A DNA stretch of 64,000 bases, taken from positions 85,261 through 149,260 of IMG/VR virus record IMGVR_UViG_3300025913_000021. One strand, written 5' to 3'. Position numbers and translations under genes: made by a program. Origin of the DNA: a virus. This document shows, one piece after another, positions 8,369 to 17,594 of this stretch (the first letter of the stretch is position 1; every line of letters begins with the position of its first letter). The notes beneath the pieces were generated by a model. The model was given only the letters and a program-made list of their open reading frames with translations, was not told the origin of the DNA and did not search any database.

Positions 8369-8397
8369 TGTTCGGACTCCGACCACAGCAGTATGAA
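8369..8397 (-). promoter_or_regulatory. sigma-28-type promoter of endolysin
   Basis: TTCATA-N15-TCCGAACA, 7 nt before the ATG. Confidence 0.55.
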
Positions 8398-8405
8398 CTC
8401 GGAAC

Positions 8406-8996
8406 TCACTCCCCGATCAGAAGCTGAACGATCTGCTCGTCCGTCGGCTGCTGGCCGTACCTGGATGCTGTCGCTCCGCGCTGACCCTGGTACTTCGAGT
8501 TCAGCCCCGGGTGGCCATACGGCCTCTCCGCAGGCCGGTCCAGATACGTGAAGCTCACCTGGCAGATCCGCATACCGACAGGCAGCCGAATCGGGAACGG
8601 CGAGACGTTGGATAGTTCCAACGTGATCTGACCCTCGAAGCCCGGGTCGATGAAGCCCGCCGTCGCGTGCACCAACAGACCCAGCCTGCCCAGGCTCGAC
8701 TTCCCGTCCACCTGGCCAACGAGATCCCGGGGGAGTTGCACCGACTCGATCGTCGATGCCAGGACGAAGCGTCCCGGGTACAGCACGCACCCCCCGGAGA
8801 TCACTTCGGTCATATCGGTCGGTTCCATTGGGTCGATGATCGGTGCGATCTGATCGAGCGACGGCTGCGTGAACTCGCGAAACGAATCGGCCAAACGGAG
8901 ATCGACGCTGCACGGTTGGATCGCATCCTCGTCCAGGGGGTCGATGCCCAGTCGGCCGTGGTGGATCAGCTTGCGGATGGTGCCGTCACTGAGCAC
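8406..8996 (-). CDS. dcd: dCTP deaminase
   Basis: IQPCSVDLRL, DGKSSLGRLGL, TAGFIDPGFEGQITLE, SKYQGQ; GTG at 8996. Confidence 0.95.
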   Translation of the reverse strand: MLSDGTIRKLIHHGRLGIDPLDEDAIQPCSVDLRLADSFREFTQPSLDQIAPIIDPMEPTDMTEVISGGCVLYPGRFVLASTIESVQLPRDLVGQVDGKSSLGRLGLLVHATAGFIDPGFEGQITLELSNVSPFPIRLPVGMRICQVSFTYLDRPAERPYGHPGLNSKYQGQRGATASRYGQQPTDEQIVQLLIGE

Positions 8997-9582
8997 GGTA
9001 GGGCTCGCTATCGGGGATGTCGCCGGGCGCATCGCTCGGCGTGACGAGGAACGGGTCGGCCGCGAAGCAGGTGTTGAGGTGCACCAGCTCGTGCCCGAGC
9101 TGCACGTCCCAGTGGTTGCGCGCCGTTTTCGAGACTTCCACGGCGGTCTCGATCGCGCGGCCTCGGACGATATAGGCGAGCGTCCGAAGTGGCTGCACGC
9201 AGCGAGCGGTGTTCGCACCCATCGGGATCGGCCGACGGACGTGCTCACCGCCGAGGTAGATCGACTCCCAGAACGGAGGGAGTTCGCTGATAACCCGGCT
9301 TATCACCTGCCGGAAGTTCGGCTGCACCACGGCGTCGTCCTCCAGTACGAGGACCGTCGCGCCCTTCGGGGAGCCCTCCAGCACCGCACGGTGGCTCATC
9401 ATGCAGCCGTACGCCTCGGGCGACCCGATCCAGTTCGACGGCGGGGTGAGCGTGCCACCCTCGATCGCGTCGATGATGCGGATCGGGAAGCCGAGGCGCT
9501 GGTCGAGACCGACCAGGGCAGCCCGACGATCAGTACGGCGAGCCAGCGATATGCACGCCGCGAAGTCGGGCTGCCAGGTCAT
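8986..9582 (-). CDS. glycosyltransferase family 25
   Basis: ISLARRTDRR, DAIEG, GCMMSH and LVLEDDA motifs. Confidence 0.85.
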   Translation of the reverse strand: MTWQPDFAACISLARRTDRRAALVGLDQRLGFPIRIIDAIEGGTLTPPSNWIGSPEAYGCMMSHRAVLEGSPKGATVLVLEDDAVVQPNFRQVISRVISELPPFWESIYLGGEHVRRPIPMGANTARCVQPLRTLAYIVRGRAIETAVEVSKTARNHWDVQLGHELVHLNTCFAADPFLVTPSDAPGDIPDSEPYRAQ

Positions 9583-10103
9583 CAGAAGCCGACCCCCTCC
9601 GGGATCTCGTCGAACCGATGCTCGTCGGATTCTTCCACCGGCTCGGCCGATTCGACCTGGAGGGCGCGCTTCTCGGCGTCCTTGGCCTCCACGTCGGACC
9701 AGTCCTCGTCGGGCGCAGGGGCCAGCTCGTTGACCAGCTCGGCGGGGTCCTCACCCGGCTCCTCTGCCTGGTCCTCGCGGCCCGGCTCCTCCTCGATGAC
9801 CTTGTTCTGCTTGGCCTTCTCGGCAGCCTCTGCGGCCTCGAACATGGCCTTGCGCTGCGCCGGGGTGAGCACGGACAGGATCTGCGCCTCCTCGACCACC
9901 AGCATGTGGTGCAGCGTCGAGTTGCCCTTGCGATCCTCGCCATCCGTGCGTGCCCTCACGCGCAGCGAGAGGTTGATGTTGAGGATCGTGCCCTTGGGCC
10001 AGTCCCCCTCGACCTCCAGCTTCGTGCTCGGGATCTGGGCCGTGTAGGTGACGGCCTCCTCCTGCTCCTCCGGTGGCTGTTCCACCGAATCGGGCTCGGT
10101 CAT
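9582..10103 (-). CDS. acidic hypothetical protein
   Basis: Glu/Asp-rich tail; coupled. Confidence 0.65.
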   Translation of the reverse strand: MTEPDSVEQPPEEQEEAVTYTAQIPSTKLEVEGDWPKGTILNINLSLRVRARTDGEDRKGNSTLHHMLVVEEAQILSVLTPAQRKAMFEAAEAAEKAKQNKVIEEEPGREDQAEEPGEDPAELVNELAPAPDEDWSDVEAKDAEKRALQVESAEPVEESDEHRFDEIPEGVGF

Positions 10104-10106
10104 GCG

Positions 10107-10598
10107 TCAGTCTCCGCTCTCGATGGCCGGTGGGCCGGATGCGCCACCGGGAAGTCCGGGCAGCAGGTCGATCGCCTGCCCCAGCTTGTACGCGACCTCG
10201 ATCCGCTCGCGCACCACGTCACCCACGGTGCGTCCATCAGGCAGCACGATGTGGGCCATGAACTCGTCCTCGAACGTGGTCACCCCCGTCGAGACGGCTT
10301 CGAGCTTCGCCTTGATCACCAGCACCATCGAGCGCCAGCGTCGGCGAACCTCCTGGTCGTACGCGCCCTCGGGGTTGGTGCGAGTGCGCCCGCTCGGGCC
10401 GATGTGAAACCGACGCTCGTCTGGATCGGGCAACGGCACCGTGAAGCGGACGACCCGTTCGTGTGCTCGGAACGCCACCTGGGCGAACCCGCCGTCCCAG
10501 CCGTAGGTGAAGCCGTTCGCCCCGTACTTGAGCAGGAGCTTGGCTATCTCCGCCTGCGACTTCTCCGGCGAGACCGAGGTGGACTCGGCGTACGCCAC
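10107..10598 (-). CDS. conserved phage hypothetical protein
   Basis: YAESTSVS..KSQAEI...RRWRS..LVIKAKLEAV..G...FEDEF pattern, recalled from phage proteins. Confidence 0.7.
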   Translation of the reverse strand: MAYAESTSVSPEKSQAEIAKLLLKYGANGFTYGWDGGFAQVAFRAHERVVRFTVPLPDPDERRFHIGPSGRTRTNPEGAYDQEVRRRWRSMVLVIKAKLEAVSTGVTTFEDEFMAHIVLPDGRTVGDVVRERIEVAYKLGQAIDLLPGLPGGASGPPAIESGD

Positions 10599-10602
10599 GG
10601 CA

Positions 10603-10842
10603 CTACGGCTGTCGCGCGATGGCGGCGTTGGCCCACATGAGGGCCTCCTCCAACTTCGTGATCACCAGTGCGTGCTCGCGGCCGGGCGGCAGGGCCGCGT
10701 CCAGCAGCGAGACGAACTCGATGAACAGCGCCCGCGTCTTTTCGTGCGCATCGGCACGGCCAGGTTGCGTTGGCGGGTGGTAGCTGAACCGGTTCTTGAT
10801 GTCCTCGGACGGCTCCGGTGCGTCCGCGATGATCTGACCCAT
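10603..10842 (-). CDS. Acb2/Tad1-like hairpin protein (putative immune-signal sponge)
   Basis: RFSYHPP...GREHALVITKLEEALMWANAAIAR. Confidence 0.65.
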   Translation of the reverse strand: MGQIIADAPEPSEDIKNRFSYHPPTQPGRADAHEKTRALFIEFVSLLDAALPPGREHALVITKLEEALMWANAAIARQP

Positions 10843-10878
10843 CGTCTCTCTCTCCATTCTCCGCAGGTCGAGTGCGGA

Positions 10879-11451
10879 TCAGCTCGCGATGAGCTGCTGT
10901 TCCGTGGGCAATCCAAGCATGGCGAGCAGCTCCGGTACAGCATCTGCGCGCCCGTGTCGGCGGACCACCCGCGCAGCTCGGATGAGCTGATCGGCGGTGT
11001 TCTGGTATGGATGCGTGTCGGTTTTCATCGGTGGCGGCTTGATGGCCACGGGCTCGTTCTCCTGGCGAGGCTGCTTGTACGGGATCGGGATCGCGTGGCG
11101 GTAGAAGAACCGCTCCATCGACTCCGGGCCGGTGAACCCTAGCCGGTGCGCTAGCTCCTCCGCGTCACGAAGGCCCGCCTCGACGAGGTACGCCGCCTCG
11201 TCCCGGACGATCTGCCACCGGTCCTGGTTCTCCAGCTCGCTGCTCCGTCCGAGCACGCCAGCGGGCGACATCTGGGTCACGTTCCCACTCGTCCTGTTTC
11301 CGGTCCGTCTCGGGGCCGGGCGGGAGTCGCAAGAGCCACTCCCGCTCGGCCTCGAAGTTCCGTCCAATTCCACTGCGGGGCATTGCCTCAGTCCGATCTC
11401 GATCTCGATGCCGATGATGAGGTCGAGTACCCCCCACTCCCACTCATCCAC
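10879..11451 (-). CDS. hypothetical protein, possible HTH
   Basis: EELAHRLGF..PESMERFF; start uncertain. Confidence 0.45.
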   Translation of the reverse strand: MDEWEWGVLDLIIGIEIEIGLRQCPAVELDGTSRPSGSGSCDSRPAPRRTGNRTSGNVTQMSPAGVLGRSSELENQDRWQIVRDEAAYLVEAGLRDAEELAHRLGFTGPESMERFFYRHAIPIPYKQPRQENEPVAIKPPPMKTDTHPYQNTADQLIRAARVVRRHGRADAVPELLAMLGLPTEQQLIAS

Positions 11452-11611
11452 GCCGAGCTTGCTCCTGGTGGATCAGGCCATTCAAGGTCCGCAGGCTCTC
11501 GTTGAAGCAGTCCATGCAGACCCACTTCGCCTCGGCCGCGTACGGACTGCCGATGCCCACGACGGCGGGCGGGTGCGTCGGGTCGTTGACGCACGGATCG
11601 CCGTAGCTCAT
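11444..11611 (-). CDS. small Cys-containing hypothetical protein
   Basis: ATGA overlap with the nrdJ stop. Confidence 0.5.
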   Translation of the reverse strand: MSYGDPCVNDPTHPPAVVGIGSPYAAEAKWVCMDCFNESLRTLNGLIHQEQARRG

Positions 11612-13662
11612 TGGGCGTTCAGAGCTACCGTCTTGACCTCGCAGGCATCGGTGGTGCAGTACGCCTCGCCGACGGCCTCGCTGGCGTTGAGCCCCGCGTA
11701 GATCGGCTCCAGGTCGATCTTGAACAGCCGCATACTGGCGTCCGTCCATTCGTCCTGGTCGATCTGGGTGTAGGGCTGCTGCGGGTAGACCGCGTTGCCC
11801 ATCGGGAGGAAGCTCACCGTCTTGAGCTGGCCCTCGTGCATGTGCAGCACAGTGCCGACGTGCGCCGCCTCCTTCTCCGCGTCGAAGCTCAGCGTCACCG
11901 ACACGGAATTGTCACTCCAATAGCGCTGCGCGATGACCGCGAGGTTCGCCTTCTCGAAGATCGTCACGTCCTTCTCCGCGCGCTTGGCCGGGGCGTGGAT
12001 CGGGAAGTAGCAGACCACCGTGTTGTCCGGGTCGGACACGTCGGTCTCGATCGTGTAGCCCGCCTGCCGGAGCAGCGGCACGAGCGCGTTGTCCTTGGCC
12101 AGGCGCATCGCCCGGTTGAAGAACTCGCCACCCGGAGCCCAATGGACGCCCGGCGATTCTCCGGCCAGGATGCTGACGGTGCCCGAGGGCTTCACCGTGG
12201 TGGTCTTGATGCTGGGCCGGATGCACAGCCACTCGGAGTAGATCTCGTCGTACTTCTGGACCGTGGCGTAGCCCTCGTTGAGCCACGTCCGCAGCTCGGT
12301 CATGCCACGGTTGTCGGCGAAGTTCGCGATGCCCGAGGCCGAGCAACCGATGCGCCGGTTGCGCTGCATGATCGCGTTGGTGCGCTCCCAGTGGGTCGGC
12401 AGCAGGGTCACCGTCTTGGCGTACATGTAGGCGTACTTGAGCGTGCGCTGGAAGTCCTCCAGCGACTCGTGCCGGTTGAGGTAGGTCTCGACCAGCGTGC
12501 ACATCTCGTAGGACTCCAGCGACTGCTCCGCGCATGGGTTGTAGCCCGCCACGCGCCAGTCCTTGCCGTTCGGCGGGTCGATCAGCCGCCCGTAGTCCCG
12601 CGTCACGTCCATCCAGATCAGGCCGGGCTCGCCGTTGTGGGCAATCGCATCGACCAGGTGGTCGTAGGACTCACCGACCTTGGCCTCGACGGAGTTGTTG
12701 CTCATCCAGCCCCAGCCGCGCTCGGTGGGGTCGTCCTCGTCGTTGGTCCAGAAGTTCCGCTCGGGGAACGCCTCGCGGTTCTTGAGCTGGATGAAGTCCT
12801 TGTCGTCGATGCGCCCGATCAGCAGCTCGGCCGAGCGGCGCACGTTGCCCGCCACCACGCACACGCCGATGAGGTTGCCGATGTCGGCGATGTCCACCCT
12901 GGACAGGTAGGAGCCAGCACGGCCATCGAACTTCGCCTTGATCATCCGGTGCAGGCGCTTGAGCGGTTCGGGTCCAGCGGCAGTTCCGCCGAACGTCCGA
13001 ATCGGCGCACCGGCCGGACGGATGAGCGAGTAGTCGAACTCCAGCCGGTGCTTGTCCGGCATGAGGTAACTCTCCAGCAGCATCGACATCGAGTCCACCC
13101 AGCCCTCGCGGGTGTCCGGGATGACGAACTGGCGCACGGTCTCCTTGGGCTCGTAGATCACGAACTCCTTGTCCGCGCCCTTGTCGTCGAAGCCGACGCC
13201 GACGCCGAGCATCGACGCCTCCATAAGGAAGGCGAAGGGACCGGCCGGGTCCATCTTCGTCATGTCGGCGGTGGAGACGAACGCGCAGTTCTGGAGCGCC
13301 GCGCTGTTGCGCTGGTCGTAGACGAGCGGCGTCCCGGCGACCCACAGGCCACGACCGGGCGGGGTCCACTTGAAGGTGAACATGCGCTCGAACGCGTCCT
13401 GGGCCGAGCGCTGCGCCTTGTGATCGTTCCAGGGCAGCCGGTTGCTCTTGCAGTGGTTCTTCTGCTCGGAGAACATCCACTCGATCACGCGGCGGCAGAC
13501 CTCGTACCAGCGCTCCTTGGTGCCGTCCTCCTTGATCCTGGAGTACGTGCGCAGGAACGTGATCTCACCGAGGCTGTTCCCGGCGGCGTCCTGATACCCC
13601 CAGTCCACTCGGCGTGTCGCGAAGGACTGCACGAAGTTGTCGGCGAGCTTGAAGCTCAGCAT
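11608..13662 (-). CDS. nrdJ: class II (B12-dependent) ribonucleotide reductase
   Basis: PPGRGLW, LQNC, NPCAEQ, CTLVE, TTVKPSGTVS and C-terminal YCTTDACE. Confidence 0.95.
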   Translation of the reverse strand: MLSFKLADNFVQSFATRRVDWGYQDAAGNSLGEITFLRTYSRIKEDGTKERWYEVCRRVIEWMFSEQKNHCKSNRLPWNDHKAQRSAQDAFERMFTFKWTPPGRGLWVAGTPLVYDQRNSAALQNCAFVSTADMTKMDPAGPFAFLMEASMLGVGVGFDDKGADKEFVIYEPKETVRQFVIPDTREGWVDSMSMLLESYLMPDKHRLEFDYSLIRPAGAPIRTFGGTAAGPEPLKRLHRMIKAKFDGRAGSYLSRVDIADIGNLIGVCVVAGNVRRSAELLIGRIDDKDFIQLKNREAFPERNFWTNDEDDPTERGWGWMSNNSVEAKVGESYDHLVDAIAHNGEPGLIWMDVTRDYGRLIDPPNGKDWRVAGYNPCAEQSLESYEMCTLVETYLNRHESLEDFQRTLKYAYMYAKTVTLLPTHWERTNAIMQRNRRIGCSASGIANFADNRGMTELRTWLNEGYATVQKYDEIYSEWLCIRPSIKTTTVKPSGTVSILAGESPGVHWAPGGEFFNRAMRLAKDNALVPLLRQAGYTIETDVSDPDNTVVCYFPIHAPAKRAEKDVTIFEKANLAVIAQRYWSDNSVSVTLSFDAEKEAAHVGTVLHMHEGQLKTVSFLPMGNAVYPQQPYTQIDQDEWTDASMRLFKIDLEPIYAGLNASEAVGEAYCTTDACEVKTVALNAQ

Positions 13663-13735
13663 CTATCGGCCTTCTCTCTCTAGCTCGCACGCCGTGGGTC
13701 GAGCACGGACGTGCGTCTGTTTCGGGGGACGTTCT

Positions 13736-13894
13736 CTACTTCGGCAGAACGCCCCGGCAGATACCGAGGTGGACGCCGGTGCAGAACGGGCACGGCGGTG
13801 GGTCCATCAGGACCGGGTGCTGTCCGCGCACGGGTCTCGGGTTGGGCCAGCGCACGAAGGGACTCTGCTTGGTGGTGGTGATGATCGACGACAT
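13736..13894 (-). CDS. small Cys/His hypothetical protein
   Basis: GAGGAG SD; CPFC..VH..IC. Confidence 0.4.
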   Translation of the reverse strand: MSSIITTTKQSPFVRWPNPRPVRGQHPVLMDPPPCPFCTGVHLGICRGVLPK

Positions 13895-13902
13895 GCGGCT
13901 CC

Positions 13903-14121
13903 TCAGGCGGGTGGGGTCTCCTCGACCCTGACCTGATCCATGAGTCCGGCGTCCACGACGACCCGTGCCCCGTAGTAGTAGCCGGGGTACGGATTGTCGA
14001 AGTCGGCGAAGCTCGCGATCGGGTAGCCAGGGCCGACGTGCACGACCGGGCCGGGCCACTGACACGCACGCAGGCGCGTCAGCAGCTCGGCCTCGGTCAG
14101 CCGGGCAGGTTCGTCGGTCAC
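13903..14121 (-). CDS. hypothetical protein
   Basis: GTGA coupling at 14118-14121. Confidence 0.5.
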   Translation of the reverse strand: MTDEPARLTEAELLTRLRACQWPGPVVHVGPGYPIASFADFDNPYPGYYYGARVVVDAGLMDQVRVEETPPA

Positions 14122-14570
14122 GAGCGGTGCTTCGTCACCAGCTCGACGGCCTTGGCCTCGGTGATCTTCTTGAACGCCTTGACGCCCTCGTGCTTGCCCC
14201 GTCGCTTGTAGACGAGCCAGTTCTGCGTGCACTCGCCGCAGCGCCACACGGAACCGACGAACGTCCGATCGTCGATGTGCGGCAGGATGCAGGTGTGCTC
14301 GGGCGTGATCTTGAGGATCCACCCGGCCTCGCTCGTCTCGCCGACGAACGGCTTCGGCTCGACGCTGCCCTGTGCCTCCTTGGGCGTCTCCAGCACGGCC
14401 GGGGTGCCTCGGGCCGGGTCCTCGGGCTCGGTCTCGCCCGTGGAGACGATCGTGTCGGTGTCCGCGTGCTCGCACAGCGGGTCGTGCGGCTGGCTGGGCC
14501 TCTCGGCACCACACGACGGGCACGTCGCGGCGATGGTCGGGCTCTGATCCAGTTCCTGCGTCTGCGTCAT
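14118..14570 (-). CDS. zinc-binding hypothetical protein
   Basis: CPSC, HTC and CGEC motifs; GAGGAG SD. Confidence 0.6.
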   Translation of the reverse strand: MTQTQELDQSPTIAATCPSCGAERPSQPHDPLCEHADTDTIVSTGETEPEDPARGTPAVLETPKEAQGSVEPKPFVGETSEAGWILKITPEHTCILPHIDDRTFVGSVWRCGECTQNWLVYKRRGKHEGVKAFKKITEAKAVELVTKHRS

Positions 14571-14580
14571 TCCAGCTCCT

Positions 14581-16854
14581 CTAGCTGATCGCGGAAAGCT
14601 CCGGTTGGTCGTAGCTCTCCTCCTGCTTGTCGAACGCGTACTTCCAGGTGTACGGGTCGCCCCGCTTGCCCGAGCCGACGCGCTCGAAGTCCTTGCGGGT
14701 GTCCATGATGTCGATCAAGTGCATCTTGATCCGTCCAGGCTGGCACCCGAACCTGGCCGACGCCATGTGCAGGAACTCGTCCTCGATGACCGGGACGACC
14801 TCCAGCAGCACGTTGGCGACGTTCTCCGTGGACAGCGGCAAGCGCTTGGCGTGCACGCGCCGGTACGCCGCCGTGGTGCCCTCATCCTCGTCGTCCTCGG
14901 AGGAGAACTTGAACGGGGCGATCTCCGTGTAGTTGATCGACTCCTTGCCGCGCTTGAGCAGCAGCGGGTCCGGTGCAGCCGCGTCACGGAACGCGGTGAA
15001 GGAGCAGATCACGTCGTAGGGGTTGGCGACCGAGCGCTCCTTGAAGTTCAGCAGCACCGTGCCGTTGACCCAGCCGGTCCAGAGGAACGAACCGGCGACC
15101 GAATCGACATCCGGCATTTCGTTGCGGGCGTTGCTGCCCTTCTTCTGGTGGTGCGTGAGGATGATCGAGACGCCGGTCTCGGCGATCACCTCGTCCAGCA
15201 CCGCGAACACCTTGGTCAGTGAGCGCGAGGACTCGAAGTCGCCGCCGCCGAAGAACTTGTAGGCCGTGTCCAGGATGACGACCTCGGCGCTGTTGGCCGT
15301 CACCAGGTTGATCAACTGGTTGGCCGCGTTGTCGGCGTCGAGCCGCAGCGCGAAGTCGTGGTCGATGAGCAGCTTCTCCTCGGCGAGCTGATAGCCCGGC
15401 CGTCCGTCCATGAGCGTGTTGAGCCGGTCGTAGAGACTGCGCTTGCTCAGCTCACGGTCGAGCAGCAGCACTCTATGGCCGGGCGTCGGATTGCTGTTGG
15501 CGATCCCGAACCCCGGGAAGCCACCGCCCTTGCTCGTGGCCAGGAACGGGATGCCCGCCGCGATCGAGCACGCGAGGTTCTGCGCGAAGATGCTCTTGCC
15601 GACCTTCGGGGCTCCCGTGATCAGCAGCCGTCCACCCTTCGGCAGCAGACCGTTATCGACGAGGAACACCGCCTCCTCGGGAGGTGCCTGACGGATTTGG
15701 GCGAACGTCTGAACGACGAACGGTGACACCTTCGGCTTGCCGTCCACCAGCATGTCGAAGTCCATGAAGGTCTGGCCGTCGCGCATGATGAACTCGTTGA
15801 TGTCCGTCTTGGGCGCGCCCTCGGGCAGCGGCAGCACGACGTTGCGAGCCCGGTGCCCGAAGAAGTCCAGCAGCTTCGTCGCCGCGTCCTGGCCCGGGTT
15901 GTGCCCGGCGCAGTCCGCCTTCTCGACCGTGCCGCACTTCCGGCAGTTCTCGCGCTGATGCACGGCCGGGTTGTCGTTGTCCAGGACGATCACGATGTCC
16001 TTGGCGTGCATGAAGTATTGCGCCCACTCGGGCTTGAAGTTGGCCGCGCCCGGCAGCGACACCGCCATCTTCCCGTTGCGGGCGAGCAGCATCGCCTTGA
16101 ACTCGCCCTCGCAGATGTAGACCCGGCCGCGCTCGTCACCGTTGGCGTGCCCTGGGTTGAACAGCCGCAGCGGGTCCTCGCGCACGGTGTCGTTCTGGCG
16201 CTCCCACCAATACTTCGACCCGTTGGGCCCGCCGTACATCGGCTTGCCCTTCTCGTTCACGCCGCGCTGCACCGGGTCGTAGTAGCGGAACGCGACCGGC
16301 CGACGACCCTCCAGGTAGGGGATGACGTAGTAGCCGCCGGAGTTCTTGCACTCCTCGATCTGCTCCTCCGTCATGCCCTCGGTGGGCTCCTTGACGTAGC
16401 GGTAGCCGATGCGGAAGCGGTCGATGATCTCGTCGTTGAGCCCCTTCTCGTACAGCACCTGGCGCAGGTCCGTTGTCAGACGCGCCTGGTACTTCTGGAG
16501 TTCGACGTTCTTGCTCTTGAAGCTCATCAAGAGCTGCGGGTCGTCGTTCACGCCGAAGAACTTCGAAAGGGTCTGGAGGTTGCCGCTCTCACCGCAGCTC
16601 GCCGCCTGGCAGTAATACTGCGAGGTCTTGGCGTCCAGGTAGAAGTGCGTCTTTTCGTTGCGGCCGAGCGAGCCTTCCTCCTCATGGAAGGGGCACTTGA
16701 ACTCGTACTGGCCGTTCTGCGGTGCGACGCGGCGGGAGAGGAACCCGTACTTCTCCAATAGCTGCTTGGCGGCTTCGCCCTCGTTCCTCGGCCCACTTGC
16801 CCTTTGTTCGGATTGGGCGCTACGCTGATCGGGCACCAGCATGAGACGAGCCAC
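14581..16854 (-). CDS. DNA primase-helicase (Zn finger + TOPRIM + RecA-like ATPase)
   Basis: CPFHEE...YYCQAASC, ICEGEFKA, LDND, Walker A GAPKVGKS, VVILDT, HHQKK. Confidence 0.9.
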   Translation of the reverse strand: MARLMLVPDQRSAQSEQRASGPRNEGEAAKQLLEKYGFLSRRVAPQNGQYEFKCPFHEEEGSLGRNEKTHFYLDAKTSQYYCQAASCGESGNLQTLSKFFGVNDDPQLLMSFKSKNVELQKYQARLTTDLRQVLYEKGLNDEIIDRFRIGYRYVKEPTEGMTEEQIEECKNSGGYYVIPYLEGRRPVAFRYYDPVQRGVNEKGKPMYGGPNGSKYWWERQNDTVREDPLRLFNPGHANGDERGRVYICEGEFKAMLLARNGKMAVSLPGAANFKPEWAQYFMHAKDIVIVLDNDNPAVHQRENCRKCGTVEKADCAGHNPGQDAATKLLDFFGHRARNVVLPLPEGAPKTDINEFIMRDGQTFMDFDMLVDGKPKVSPFVVQTFAQIRQAPPEEAVFLVDNGLLPKGGRLLITGAPKVGKSIFAQNLACSIAAGIPFLATSKGGGFPGFGIANSNPTPGHRVLLLDRELSKRSLYDRLNTLMDGRPGYQLAEEKLLIDHDFALRLDADNAANQLINLVTANSAEVVILDTAYKFFGGGDFESSRSLTKVFAVLDEVIAETGVSIILTHHQKKGSNARNEMPDVDSVAGSFLWTGWVNGTVLLNFKERSVANPYDVICSFTAFRDAAAPDPLLLKRGKESINYTEIAPFKFSSEDDEDEGTTAAYRRVHAKRLPLSTENVANVLLEVVPVIEDEFLHMASARFGCQPGRIKMHLIDIMDTRKDFERVGSGKRGDPYTWKYAFDKQEESYDQPELSAIS

Positions 16855-16903
16855 GGTTCAGTTCCTATCTCTCTCGGGACGGGCGAAGTGCTTATCGTGC
16901 TGG

Positions 16904-16940
16904 GAGAGGGGTCCGAGCGGTCGAGGTTCGGACCCCTCTC
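16904..16940 (-). terminator. hairpin downstream of SSB
   Basis: GAGAGGGGTCCGA/TCGGACCCCTCTC inverted repeat. Confidence 0.6.
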
Positions 16941-16952
16941 AGCATCTTCCGC

Positions 16953-17543
16953 CTAGAACGGCGGGTCGTCGTCCGCCACCGCCCAGGCCGGGACCTGAGT
17001 AGACGGTGCCGGGACCTGCGGCTGGGATTGGACGGCCGTCTGAACGCTCGTCGGCTGCTGGCTCGGGGCGTCGTCCTTGAACAGCCCGGCCGGGATGTTG
17101 GCCGTGCCGCCGAGCGGACCTGCCGGGAGCATGTCGTCGATCTGGTGCCGACGGCTGCCGTCGTTGCGGACGTAGGAGCCGGTGACCGCCTTGGCCTGGC
17201 GACCGATGAGCAGGTCGGTGTCCAGCTCGAAGCCCGCGTCCAGCTCGCCCATGTTGAGCAGGGCCTCGCTCCAGCGACGGAGCTTGTTGTCCGGGTGCGT
17301 GGTGAAGCGGTTGCTGGTCGAGCCCCAGATGTTCGAGCCGATCAGCTCCATGTACTCCTCGTCGCCCTTGAAGCGGTCGGGGATGTCACGGATGACGCAC
17401 TTGAACTCCAGCTTGGTCCAGCCCTCGCCGCCGCCCTTCGGGGTGACGTTGCGCTCGCGGATGTCCTGGACCTCGATGAGGATCAGCGTCTCGTCCGGCA
17501 GGACGCCGAACTCCTTCGCTTCCTCCAACATCATCTTCGGCAT
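16953..17543 (-). CDS. single-stranded DNA-binding protein-like
   Basis: Beta-rich N-terminal domain, low-complexity linker, acidic C-terminus DDDPPF; adjacent to the Sak4-like gene. Confidence 0.7.
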   Translation of the reverse strand: MPKMMLEEAKEFGVLPDETLILIEVQDIRERNVTPKGGGEGWTKLEFKCVIRDIPDRFKGDEEYMELIGSNIWGSTSNRFTTHPDNKLRRWSEALLNMGELDAGFELDTDLLIGRQAKAVTGSYVRNDGSRRHQIDDMLPAGPLGGTANIPAGLFKDDAPSQQPTSVQTAVQSQPQVPAPSTQVPAWAVADDDPPF

Positions 17544-17594
17544 TGCTGTACTCGCTCTCTGGTATCGGCGTTATCGCTGGGATCTGCTGGCGTC

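Noticed and set aside
7660-8913. Track ORFs with long N-terminal extensions (endolysin 417 aa, dcd 280 aa, LexA 213 aa, hub 1026 aa and others)
   Set aside because: The extensions overlap real upstream genes; starts were reassigned using SD sequences and stop-start coupling.
13663-13670. GCCGATAG next to the nrdJ start as a sigma-28 -10 box
   Set aside because: It abuts the ATG directly and has no -35 match at 15 nt.
11608-16854. Inteins or introns in nrdJ or the primase-helicase
   Set aside because: Lengths are normal, with no intein terminal motifs or frame breaks.
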